From the NCBI GenBank assembly GCA_045632285.1, contig JAZQWJ010000037.1:22251-86250 (forward strand): 64,000 bases of DNA, in the 5' to 3' direction. Source of the stretch: Eubacteriales bacterium (GTDB lineage Bacteria; Bacillota; Clostridia; Oscillospirales; CAG-272). Below are positions 37,103-44,543 of this stretch, in pieces (within the stretch, counting starts at the first letter, position 1; each line of letters begins with the position of its first letter). The translations under genes were made by a program, and so were the position numbers. The notes under the pieces were generated by a model that saw only the letters and a program-made list of their open reading frames with translations, was not told where the DNA came from and searched no databases.

Positions 37103-37129
37103 GTAGGGGAGGGGAGACCCCTCCCCTAC
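37103..37129. repeat. REP-like perfect palindrome
   Basis: GTAGGGGAGGGG-AGA-CCCCTCCCCTAC, a 12-bp perfect stem. Confidence 0.55.
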
Positions 37130-37188
37130 GATTGAATACGAGAACATCCTTATGAGAACCAGCCTAAACGGGGTGGTTTTTTCGTTTT

Positions 37189-37298
37189 GGGAGGCGTGGT
37201 GCGGAGAAGAACCCCGAAAGCTCGCGGGGAATGCACATCCCTGCTTTTCCTTTCTTTGGACGGAGCTTTCCGCTTCGCCTTGGCGATCCTATCACCAC
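37189..37298 (+). repeat. Third copy of the 82-nt repeat core plus a degenerate tRNA-His 3'-end copy
   Basis: 37189-37270 nearly matches 36189-36270. It is followed by GCTTCGCCTTGGCGA and ATCCTATCACCAC (37286-37298), versus ATCCCATCACCCAC in the other units. Confidence 0.8.
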
Positions 37299-37302
37299 TT
37301 AT

Positions 37303-37342
37303 GTCACGAAAAAAGCACCCACGTGGGTGCTTTTTTCGTGAC
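37303..37342. terminator. Bidirectional terminator
   Basis: Perfect 20-bp palindrome GTCACGAAAAAAGCACCCAC/GTGGGTGCTTTTTTCGTGAC just downstream of the convergent gene that ends at 37352. Confidence 0.75.
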
Positions 37343-37351
37343 ATCATCTTT

Positions 37352-38311
37352 TTAATCCGCAAAAAAGGACTTGACAAATTCCTCTTGCGTGCCGTCATAT
37401 TCGGCGAGCGCCAGGAACTCTTTTCCGTATTGATTTCCCCAGCTGTAGGTGATCACGGTCTTGCCATCATAGTCGCACATATCAAAGTCGCTGTTGTTGC
37501 AGTTGACTGCCTTGGAAAGATACTCCAGCTGCTCCGCGGTGAAGCGCTCGGGGTGGATCACCTTTTTATCATCGTTGTCAAACCACATCACGGGGTTGAT
37601 CACGCCAAGCTCAAAGTCGCGCAGATCGCGGCTTCTTGCAATGTAGGGGATCCAGCGATGGAAGGGGGCGGACTCCAGGCAGATAATGTAAAAATACCCA
37701 TCATAATATCGCAAGCAGGGGCAGGCGGTATAGCGGTCGCGGCAATAGGAATATTCCATCATATCCAGCATATCCCAATGCACAAGATCCTTTGATTCGG
37801 CAAACACACAGGTATAGGGCCTGCCCACAGCAGGGTCGTCACCGCCAATCTCAATGGCCATAACATAGCGGTCACCCGCTTTGCAAACAGAGGTGTTGTA
37901 GATTTGAATCTGCTCGGGCAGCACCAGCGCAGTGCTTTGCTCCCAGTGCTTCAGGTCGGAGGAAACAAAGGTGTTGATCACGTTGCCGCCGCCGTTGCCC
38001 GCAACGCCGTGGACATACATCCTCCCGTTTTCGGTGTAGCAGCAGCCGAAGGCGTGACCTTCCGCGAACTCGCTGACGATCTCCTCAGTTTCCATATCAA
38101 TCAAATAATAGCAGCCCGTCTTGCGCACCACGCCGCCGGGCTTGCCCCATTCGCTATTGCGGGACCACTCAAAGCGCAGAAGCCTTTCCTTCCACACCAC
38201 GGGCGTGGCCTCCACGGCGGAAATCTTGACGGTTCCAAGCTTGTGCAGCGTTTTTCTTATCGAGATCTCGGCGTTTTTCAGCTGCTCTCTGTAGCTTTTC
38301 AGTACACTCAT
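37352..38311 (-). CDS. Beta-propeller-like protein, possibly a glycoside-hydrolase fold (family uncertain)
   Basis: Start trimmed to ATG 38311 (MSVLKSY), after GAGGAGGGG. 319 aa with repeated blade-like segments (GRMYVHG.., GDRYVMAIEIGG.., YFYIICLES.., KTVITYSWGN). No family could be assigned by eye. Confidence 0.4.
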   Translation of the reverse strand: MSVLKSYREQLKNAEISIRKTLHKLGTVKISAVEATPVVWKERLLRFEWSRNSEWGKPGGVVRKTGCYYLIDMETEEIVSEFAEGHAFGCCYTENGRMYVHGVAGNGGGNVINTFVSSDLKHWEQSTALVLPEQIQIYNTSVCKAGDRYVMAIEIGGDDPAVGRPYTCVFAESKDLVHWDMLDMMEYSYCRDRYTACPCLRYYDGYFYIICLESAPFHRWIPYIARSRDLRDFELGVINPVMWFDNDDKKVIHPERFTAEQLEYLSKAVNCNNSDFDMCDYDGKTVITYSWGNQYGKEFLALAEYDGTQEEFVKSFFAD

Positions 38312-38322
38312 GGTTCCCCTCC

Positions 38323-39108
38323 TCAAACCTCCAAGTCAACGTAAACAGGCGAGTGATCGGTAGCATCCAGCGCCGCCTGATCGGTAACAACGCAATAGTC
38401 AAGAACCCTATAATCCCCTTCCGTGCCAACGATGTGATCCAGTGACATAGCATAAGGATTCTGCGTTGTCTTGCCGTGGTAGCGACCGTCCTCGCCGCGT
38501 ACAGGATAGCCGTGATAGGTGCTAAAAGCGGGATACGTAGGCGCCAAATCCGCCATCTGCTTCATACCGCGCTTCTCGTAGACCTTGAAAATAGAGGAAG
38601 AAAGGCCTGCGTTCATATCTCCCATACCAAAGGCCGCCACGCATCCATAGTGATGCATCATATAGCGCATACGCCACACCATTTGTTCGGCATTGAACTC
38701 GCGTGCCTCGTCATACTGCGGGCCGCCGCGATATTCAAAATGCGCAGTGCAAACAGCGATCCTTTTCTCGCTCTCCTTGTCGATAAGCACAGCCCATTGG
38801 ATGTTTTTGGAGCCATCCTCGGTGTGAGTCAGCTGCTCAAAGCCGCTTCTGTGTACGGTGAAGCGATCCGCCTTCACAAACATCACATTATAGCCGGAAA
38901 ACTCAGTGGGGGCGTTGTTCAAAACCAGATAACCCGCAGCCCTCATATTGGTCATCAAGGTCGACCGATGCCAGCCGGGCGTGACCTCTTGAATGCCGAT
39001 CACGTCACAGGCATACTTTTGATACACCTCGAAAAGCTGATCCTCGCGAACCTGTACCTCGTTGCCGAAATAGTCACCCCAAATGTTGGATGTCATAATT
39101 CTGATCAT
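38323..39108 (-). CDS. Endonuclease/exonuclease/phosphatase (EEP) family protein
   Basis: Start trimmed to ATG 39108 (MIRIMTSNIWGDYFGN), after AGAGGGA. Motifs IGIQEV, GDMNA, SLDHI and DHSPVYVDL are typical of EEP. Confidence 0.7.
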   Translation of the reverse strand: MIRIMTSNIWGDYFGNEVQVREDQLFEVYQKYACDVIGIQEVTPGWHRSTLMTNMRAAGYLVLNNAPTEFSGYNVMFVKADRFTVHRSGFEQLTHTEDGSKNIQWAVLIDKESEKRIAVCTAHFEYRGGPQYDEAREFNAEQMVWRMRYMMHHYGCVAAFGMGDMNAGLSSSIFKVYEKRGMKQMADLAPTYPAFSTYHGYPVRGEDGRYHGKTTQNPYAMSLDHIVGTEGDYRVLDYCVVTDQAALDATDHSPVYVDLEV

Positions 39109-39284
39109 AGCAAGATCCCTCTTATAATGCGTTTTTTGATTTATTATAAATGAAAAAGCCGCAAATGTAAATGACATTTTTGATTTTTTTTGCGACAATA
39201 TTGACTTTAACACACCAACACGCTTGCCTTTTGGTAGCTTGTGTGCTATAATCAAGCAAAGAACGATCAGAACAGGAGGCGACC

Positions 39285-40202
39285 ATGCTGACCGCACCCT
39301 ATCTCCCGCCCGAGACCATACGCAAATACAACTCCAGGCTAATGGATATCTTTAGCCTTTATATGAATCTGTTTCCCACCGCGATCGATGCCAAAACCGT
39401 AACCGAGCTGGCTGCCGATTGCAATATTCCGCTGGCCGAGGCCTTTGCACACTATCTGGCCGCGCTGATGGATCTGGATGCAGGCGGCGCCGACCGCTTG
39501 TTTTTTCAGTATTGGCTGCTTCCTTCGATCCGCGAATTGGAACCAAGCGCCTACACGGCAGACGACTATTTTCAAAAAATCAAAATCCCCGCTGATCTGC
39601 GCGGCAAATGGCAGTTGAAGACCGAGCGCCTTGCCCCCTTTGAGGCCTTTGTTTGCAACGATATTGTGGTCACCGAGGATCGACGTATGATCCCGCAGAT
39701 CGGTTTTTTCAAAGAAGAGTATACCTTCCCCGCCGTTTTGGAAAATGGGAGAGAGTGGATGACTCTGCTCCCCAACGAGATGGTGACCTCTTATCCCGCC
39801 ATCAACGCAGCAAACGGCCGCGTACTGACCTTTGGCCTGGGGCTTGGCTTTTTTGCCTATCACGCCAGCCAAAAAGAGAACGTAAGATCGGTCACGGTGG
39901 TGGACATCAGTGACGATGTGATCGACCTTTTCCAAACCCACATCCTCCCCCAATTTCCCCACAAAGAAAAGATCAAGATCGTGAAAATGGATGCCTTTGA
40001 GTTTGCCAAAACGCAAATGGCAGGCAATTTTGATTTTGTGTTTGCCGACATCTGGCACGATGCAGGAGACGGCTGCGAGCCCTATTTAAAAATGAAAGAA
40101 TGGGAAAAGCAATTCCCCGACATCACCTTTACCTATTGGCTGGAGGACACCCTCAAATGCTATCTTGAGAAGGATCTTTGGGACATACCCACAACCAAAT
40201 AA
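39285..40202 (+). CDS. Class I SAM-dependent methyltransferase / spermidine synthase-like fold protein
   Basis: 305 aa. Gly-rich motif VLTFGLGLGFFAY, then VTVVDISDDVI and FVFADIWHD, in the order expected for a Rossmann MTase/SpeE fold. AGGAGG RBS. Confidence 0.5.
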   Translation: MLTAPYLPPETIRKYNSRLMDIFSLYMNLFPTAIDAKTVTELAADCNIPLAEAFAHYLAALMDLDAGGADRLFFQYWLLPSIRELEPSAYTADDYFQKIKIPADLRGKWQLKTERLAPFEAFVCNDIVVTEDRRMIPQIGFFKEEYTFPAVLENGREWMTLLPNEMVTSYPAINAANGRVLTFGLGLGFFAYHASQKENVRSVTVVDISDDVIDLFQTHILPQFPHKEKIKIVKMDAFEFAKTQMAGNFDFVFADIWHDAGDGCEPYLKMKEWEKQFPDITFTYWLEDTLKCYLEKDLWDIPTTK

Positions 40203-40209
40203 AAAAAAA

Positions 40210-40247
40210 CAAGAAAAGCTCTGCCAAGCAGAGCTTTTCTTGTTTTT
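40210..40247. terminator. Bidirectional intrinsic terminator
   Basis: CAAGAAAAGCTCTGC-CAA-GCAGAGCTTTTCTTG with an A-run before and TTTTT after. Confidence 0.8.
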
Positions 40248-40315
40248 GCTTCATATTTTCCAATTTTACAAATTTGTTTTCCACAAATGACCGTATTTTA
40301 TATTACAAATTCCAA

Positions 40316-41554
40316 TTACTGCACTTTTGCGGCATTTTTCCTGTTTTCGCACACCCAATACCAGCCTAAAAGCAAGGTTGCAAAAAAGCGCACGGCGTTG
40401 GCTGCCACAGCCGCTAAAGCAAAGCCCCACAGTCCACCAAGCACCGTGGCAGGGATCCCTGCGCCAAAAAAGCAGAGTGCAAAAAGGCCATTGATATACA
40501 GCTGATACGTTTTTTTGGCAAATCGCAACAGAACCACGGCCAACGTTCCCGTGACAAAATAGATCACCTGTGCCAAGCTGCCCACCCACAAAAAAGGCAG
40601 CACCGCATCATATTCCGCAGGATACAGCCACAACATCACCAACCATCCGCCAAACACGCAAGCGACCTCAAACACACCAACGGCAGCAAAGCTCCCTACG
40701 GTCATCCATTTCATGCCGCGGCGGTCAAGCGCGCCGTGAAAGCGCGCCAGATGGCCCAAGAGCACACCGTTGAGAGGAAGTGTCAACAAGGACATCATTT
40801 TACCAACCAAGGTAGCCAGATAATAAGCCGTAACTGCAGTGGGGCCTATCAAAAGCTTGATGATCAATCGGTCGGCATTCAAAATTAAATTGGCAAAGCC
40901 CTCGGTAAGACATAGTAGCAACACAGCGCGTGTCACGCGCCCAAACCCGGGAGACGGCCGCAAAAATCCTTTGCGCAGCGTTCCATCCCCCAAATAGGCA
41001 TATAGAACCCCGCTAAGCTCTCCTATCAAAATACCAAGCGGCCATATTCCCGTCAGATAAAACAGCCACGTACCCACGGCATATCCAACGCCGATCAGGG
41101 CATAGTATAAAAAGTAGCGTCGATATCGCAGCGTCAGCTTATAGGAAACGTCGGCATAATAGCGAAGGATCATTGCCACAAATAACAGGTAGTAGCAGAT
41201 CTTATCTGCCCTACTCATCTCCACGCCGCCAAAGCGGCCGATCAACAAAACAAAGGGGACGCCCAGCACAGCTGCAGCCAGTAGGATCAGGTGATAGTCA
41301 CCGTTGTTTTCCAAGCGATCTGCAGCAGGCGCGGTCATACGCGCCATATTGGCGGCACATCCAACAGAAACCGTAATGATATTGATATACGCCATCAGGT
41401 ATTGCAGCTCGCCATAAGCGTAACCTCCCATACGGGAGGCCAACAACGGATACAGCACCAGCTGCGCCACAACGTTCATCAGCACAAGGCCCGCAATGCT
41501 CCAGATAGAATCTCCCAGCTGAAGACGGTAGCGCTTGATCCTCTCCCAAATCAT
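40316..41554 (-). CDS. Polysaccharide/oligosaccharide flippase-like membrane protein (MOP/PST superfamily)
   Basis: Start trimmed to ATG 41554 (MIWERIKRYRLQ), in a 4-nt ATGA overlap with the upstream gene. About 12 hydrophobic segments, with the length and pattern of Wzx/PST-type exporters. Confidence 0.6.
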   Translation of the reverse strand: MIWERIKRYRLQLGDSIWSIAGLVLMNVVAQLVLYPLLASRMGGYAYGELQYLMAYINIITVSVGCAANMARMTAPAADRLENNGDYHLILLAAAVLGVPFVLLIGRFGGVEMSRADKICYYLLFVAMILRYYADVSYKLTLRYRRYFLYYALIGVGYAVGTWLFYLTGIWPLGILIGELSGVLYAYLGDGTLRKGFLRPSPGFGRVTRAVLLLCLTEGFANLILNADRLIIKLLIGPTAVTAYYLATLVGKMMSLLTLPLNGVLLGHLARFHGALDRRGMKWMTVGSFAAVGVFEVACVFGGWLVMLWLYPAEYDAVLPFLWVGSLAQVIYFVTGTLAVVLLRFAKKTYQLYINGLFALCFFGAGIPATVLGGLWGFALAAVAANAVRFFATLLLGWYWVCENRKNAAKVQ

Positions 41555-42237
41555 ACTATCCCCCGCTGTAGCAGAGCCTCGGCTACAGTTTCCGTCAAGC
41601 ACACATCATTGGTCAACAAAGCATCGCCAAGGAGATGTGAAATAAATGCATCACGCGTGAGGAGAGCGCCGCAAGGAGGCTCCTTGCACAAAGCGTAAGC
41701 GCTCCAATCACCAAGGGTTCCAACGCAATATTTTTTGCCGTCGATCAGATATTCAGCATCCCGAGACTCTCCTACGATCTCCAGCATCCAGAGATCGTAT
41801 TTGTTGCAAAAATTACGCACCGTTGGTGCGTTTTTGATGCACGCAGCTGTATGATCAAGCAAAACGGCACGTGTGGAAAGCGATAAACTTTCTTCCAGCG
41901 CGGCGCTTGTCACAACGCGTTCTTCGGGCGAGATACGAAGCCAAGCAGCGCATCCGCCAAGAGCGGAAATGATTTCCGGCAATCGCGATTCGCCGGCAGT
42001 GATCACAATAATCTCGTCCCCCTTGACAGCCGCTTTTTCCCCTAATTCAGGCGAGAACAGCACCTGCACGGTGCTATGTTCTGCTGCCATCGGCGTTTTA
42101 GCAAGCCCGCAATGAGAAATGTGGAGATTTCTTGCCGTCCGTGTAGCCAAGCGCGCAAGCGCAGTCATCTGATCGGTTTCGTGTGGCATCGTGTCTTCGC
42201 TTTCGTGATCGTGCCGATGCTCATACCATTCCATCAC
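41551..42237 (-). CDS. Short DegT/DnrJ/EryC1-like (PLP fold) protein, divergent or truncated
   Basis: 228 aa. The segment STRAVLLDH..NFCNKYDLWMLEIVGES..VGTLGDWSAYALCKEPPCGALLT parallels the DegT core (..VH..IEDaAqa..GslGd..fSF...K..GEGG..T). The protein is about 140 aa shorter than usual and has an acidic/His-rich N-terminus. Confidence 0.35.
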   Translation of the reverse strand: MMEWYEHRHDHESEDTMPHETDQMTALARLATRTARNLHISHCGLAKTPMAAEHSTVQVLFSPELGEKAAVKGDEIIVITAGESRLPEIISALGGCAAWLRISPEERVVTSAALEESLSLSTRAVLLDHTAACIKNAPTVRNFCNKYDLWMLEIVGESRDAEYLIDGKKYCVGTLGDWSAYALCKEPPCGALLTRDAFISHLLGDALLTNDVCLTETVAEALLQRGIV

Positions 42238-42356
42238 ATCTCCCCCTTTCCTTTACTACTTTTGTCATTATATCATAACAAGCGCATTTTTGCAAGGTGT
42301 TTGCACGCTCTCAAGCAATCGGAAACGTATTTAGCACAGGTTTTTTGCATAATCTA

Positions 42357-42385
42357 TTGACAAACTACATCTTTTGTGCTAAAAT
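42357..42385 (+). promoter_or_regulatory. SigA-type promoter for tRNA-Pro
   Basis: TTGACA, 17 nt, then TAAAAT with a TGc extended -10, about 18 nt upstream of the tRNA. Confidence 0.55.
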
Positions 42386-42403
42386 AATTAAGTATGGATT
42401 CAT

Positions 42404-42480
<77 letters not shown>

Positions 42481-42517
42481 CAAAGAAAAGACCGCCCTTG
42501 TGGCGGTCTTTTCTTTG
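42481..42517 (+). terminator. Terminator hairpin directly after tRNA-Pro
   Basis: CAAAGAAAAGACCGCC-CTTGT-GGCGGTCTTTTCTTTG. Confidence 0.7.
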
Positions 42518-42635
42518 TGCTTGTGTGTGGCGAGCAGACGAAATTGCGCAGCCGTAGGCGGCGCAAGACAAGTTTGCTTGCAAACTTGAGCGCAAGTCCA
42601 CAGGACTTGGCGCAACGAATAGGCGCTCCGCGCCG

Positions 42636-42652
42636 TCTTGTCACCTCGACCA
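42636..42652 (+). repeat. Direct repeat of the last 17 nt of tRNA-Pro
   Basis: TCTTGTCACCTCGACCA at 42464-42480 and again at 42636-42652, a spacing of 172 bp. Confidence 0.9.
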
Positions 42653-42659
42653 GAAAAAA

Positions 42660-42690
42660 CCTTGGAAACACTAGGTTTCCAAGGGTTTTT
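42660..42690 (+). terminator. Terminator hairpin after the repeated tRNA-Pro 3' end
   Basis: CCTTGGAAAC-ACTAG-GTTTCCAAGG followed by GTTTTT. Confidence 0.7.
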
Positions 42691-42774
42691 GATTTGCTTG
42701 TTGTGTGGTTTTTCTTTTAAGTTCAAAACGTTATTGTGCGGCCCTATACACAGCTTTTCCCGGACCGCAAAAGG

Positions 42775-44472
42775 CTAAAAATATTGCTCCATACCGCAGG
42801 GCAGGGCTTTTTGTGCCAAAGCCTGCTCTCTCACTACGGTCGCATAAAAGCGGTAACCGCCCGAGAAATTATAGGCGGTAAAGCCGTTCCCTTCTAAGAT
42901 GCGTGTGGCAATATAGCTCCGCAAGCCGCTTTGGCATATCACGTAAACGGGCTTTCCCTGCGGCACTTCGCTAATGCGATCGCGCAGCTCATCAACGGGG
43001 ATATTCAAAAAGCCCTTGATGTGCCCCGCAGCATATTCGCCGCGTGTGCGCGTATCCAGCAGGGTCACGTCTGTTCTTTGCAAAAGTGCAGAAATCTCCT
43101 CTACGTGCCACTGTTTTAGCGTACCGTTGGTCAAATTTTCGATCATAAAGCCCACCATGTTAACAGGATCCTTGGCCGAGGAATAGGGGGGCGCATAGGC
43201 AAGCTCCAGGTCCTTTAGCGCGGTTGCCTTCAGCCCCGCGTGGATGGCGGTAGCCAACACGTCGATGCGCTTGTCCACACCTTCACTTCCTACGATCTGC
43301 GCACCAAGCAAACGAAGCGTGTTTTTTTCAAAGATCACCTTTATCGTCATCACACCACCGCCGGGATAATATCCGGCGTGACTCATGGGAGAAAGGATGA
43401 CCTTATCCGTCAAAAACTCACCCCGTTGGGCGGCTTTTTCGTTCAGACCCGTCGTTGCGGCAGTCAATCCAAACACCTTAACGATCGCGCTGCCCATCGC
43501 CCCGCGATAGTGGCTTTCTTTGCCGCAGATGTTATCTGCGGCAATGCGTCCCTGCTTATTGGCAGGCCCCGCCAAGGGCATCAGCGTATCCTCGCCCGAT
43601 ACGGCGTGCTTGATTTGAACGGCATCGCCAACCGCATAGATATCCGGCACGGAGGTCTCCATTTTATCGCTTACAAGAATGCTCCCCTTGGTGCCAAGGG
43701 CAAGCCCGGCGCTGCTTGCAAGGGCAGTATCCGGCACAACGCCAAGCGACAGGATCACCATGTCCGCGTGCAGCATATCGCCGCATTCCAGCCTTACGCC
43801 GATCCCGGCCTCAGTCCTATCAAGTCCCGTAACACTGTGACCCAGCAACAGATCAACGCCGTTTTTGCGCATTTCTGCGTGAATAAACGCCGCCATATCC
43901 GCGTCAAACGGCAACAGCAACTGCTCCTGCCGTTGCACAACAGTTACCGCCAAGCCCAGTCTGCGCAGGTTTTCTGCCAGCTCTACACCAATAAAGCCGC
44001 CACCCGCAAGCACGACCGAGCGCGGACGGTGCTGTTTGACATATGCCTTGATGCGTTGCGTATCCTCTACGGTACGGAGGGTAAACACGCCCTCTTGCGT
44101 TGCACCGTCAATGGGCAAAAGCAGCGGCTTGGCTCCCGGTGCCAGAAGCAGTTTGTCGTAAAATTCAAAAAACTCGATACCGTTGGTCAGATTTTTGACC
44201 AAAACCCTTTTTTGGACGGGGTCTACGGACAACACCTCGTGCCTTGTTTTTGCCGTAATACGAAACCGCGCAAAAAAGCTTTCCGGCGTTTGCAGGGTCA
44301 GCTCCTCTTCGTCGGTGATCACGTCACCGACATAATAAGGCAACCCGCAATTGGCATAAGAGATATATCCCGAACGCTCGAACACAAGGATCTCCGCCCT
44401 TTCATCCAAGCGGCGGATGCGCGCCGCTGCAGTAGCGCCACCGGCCACACCTCCAACGATCACAACCTTCAT
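42775..44472 (-). CDS. CoA-disulfide reductase-type FAD/NAD(P)H oxidoreductase fused to a C-terminal rhodanese domain
   Basis: Start trimmed to ATG 44472 (MKVVIVGGVAGGATAA), after AAGGGGAG. Redox Cys in SYANCGLPYY. Second dinucleotide fold VVLAGGGFIGVE. Rhodanese active-site loop VYVICQSGLRS. Confidence 0.85.
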   Translation of the reverse strand: MKVVIVGGVAGGATAAARIRRLDERAEILVFERSGYISYANCGLPYYVGDVITDEEELTLQTPESFFARFRITAKTRHEVLSVDPVQKRVLVKNLTNGIEFFEFYDKLLLAPGAKPLLLPIDGATQEGVFTLRTVEDTQRIKAYVKQHRPRSVVLAGGGFIGVELAENLRRLGLAVTVVQRQEQLLLPFDADMAAFIHAEMRKNGVDLLLGHSVTGLDRTEAGIGVRLECGDMLHADMVILSLGVVPDTALASSAGLALGTKGSILVSDKMETSVPDIYAVGDAVQIKHAVSGEDTLMPLAGPANKQGRIAADNICGKESHYRGAMGSAIVKVFGLTAATTGLNEKAAQRGEFLTDKVILSPMSHAGYYPGGGVMTIKVIFEKNTLRLLGAQIVGSEGVDKRIDVLATAIHAGLKATALKDLELAYAPPYSSAKDPVNMVGFMIENLTNGTLKQWHVEEISALLQRTDVTLLDTRTRGEYAAGHIKGFLNIPVDELRDRISEVPQGKPVYVICQSGLRSYIATRILEGNGFTAYNFSGGYRFYATVVREQALAQKALPCGMEQYF

Positions 44473-44543
44473 TTCGTTCTCCCCTTTTCTGTTGCTTCTT
44501 CTATTATACACCGTCAGGATCGATTTAAAACGAAAATCGCGTT

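Larger units (their letters stand above)
36482..37188. mobile_element. Possible non-autonomous insertion cassette bracketed by ~40-bp imperfect inverted repeats
   Basis: The left arm 36482-36520 (AAAATGAAAAACCACCCCAAAAGGCTTCTTCTCATAAGG) is the near reverse complement of the right arm 37148-37188. The interior is visibly AT-rich and holds one small ORF and three GTAG-headed palindromes. No transposase is present. Confidence 0.35.

Noticed and set aside
41551-42237. The short DegT-like ORF considered as a pseudogene.
   Set aside because: The frame is uninterrupted, it has a 4-nt coupled junction with the flippase gene, and it retains the Lys-containing core. Whether it is a functional short variant or a decaying gene cannot be decided without an alignment, so it is kept as a low-confidence CDS.
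36150-42403. The whole segment between tRNA-His and tRNA-Pro considered as a tRNA-flanked genomic island or prophage remnant.
   Set aside because: No integrase, recombinase, transposase or phage genes are visible. Apart from 36.5-37.15 kb, the composition looks like the flanks. The genes (beta-propeller, EEP, MTase-like, flippase, DegT-like) are accessory in flavour but give no mobility evidence.
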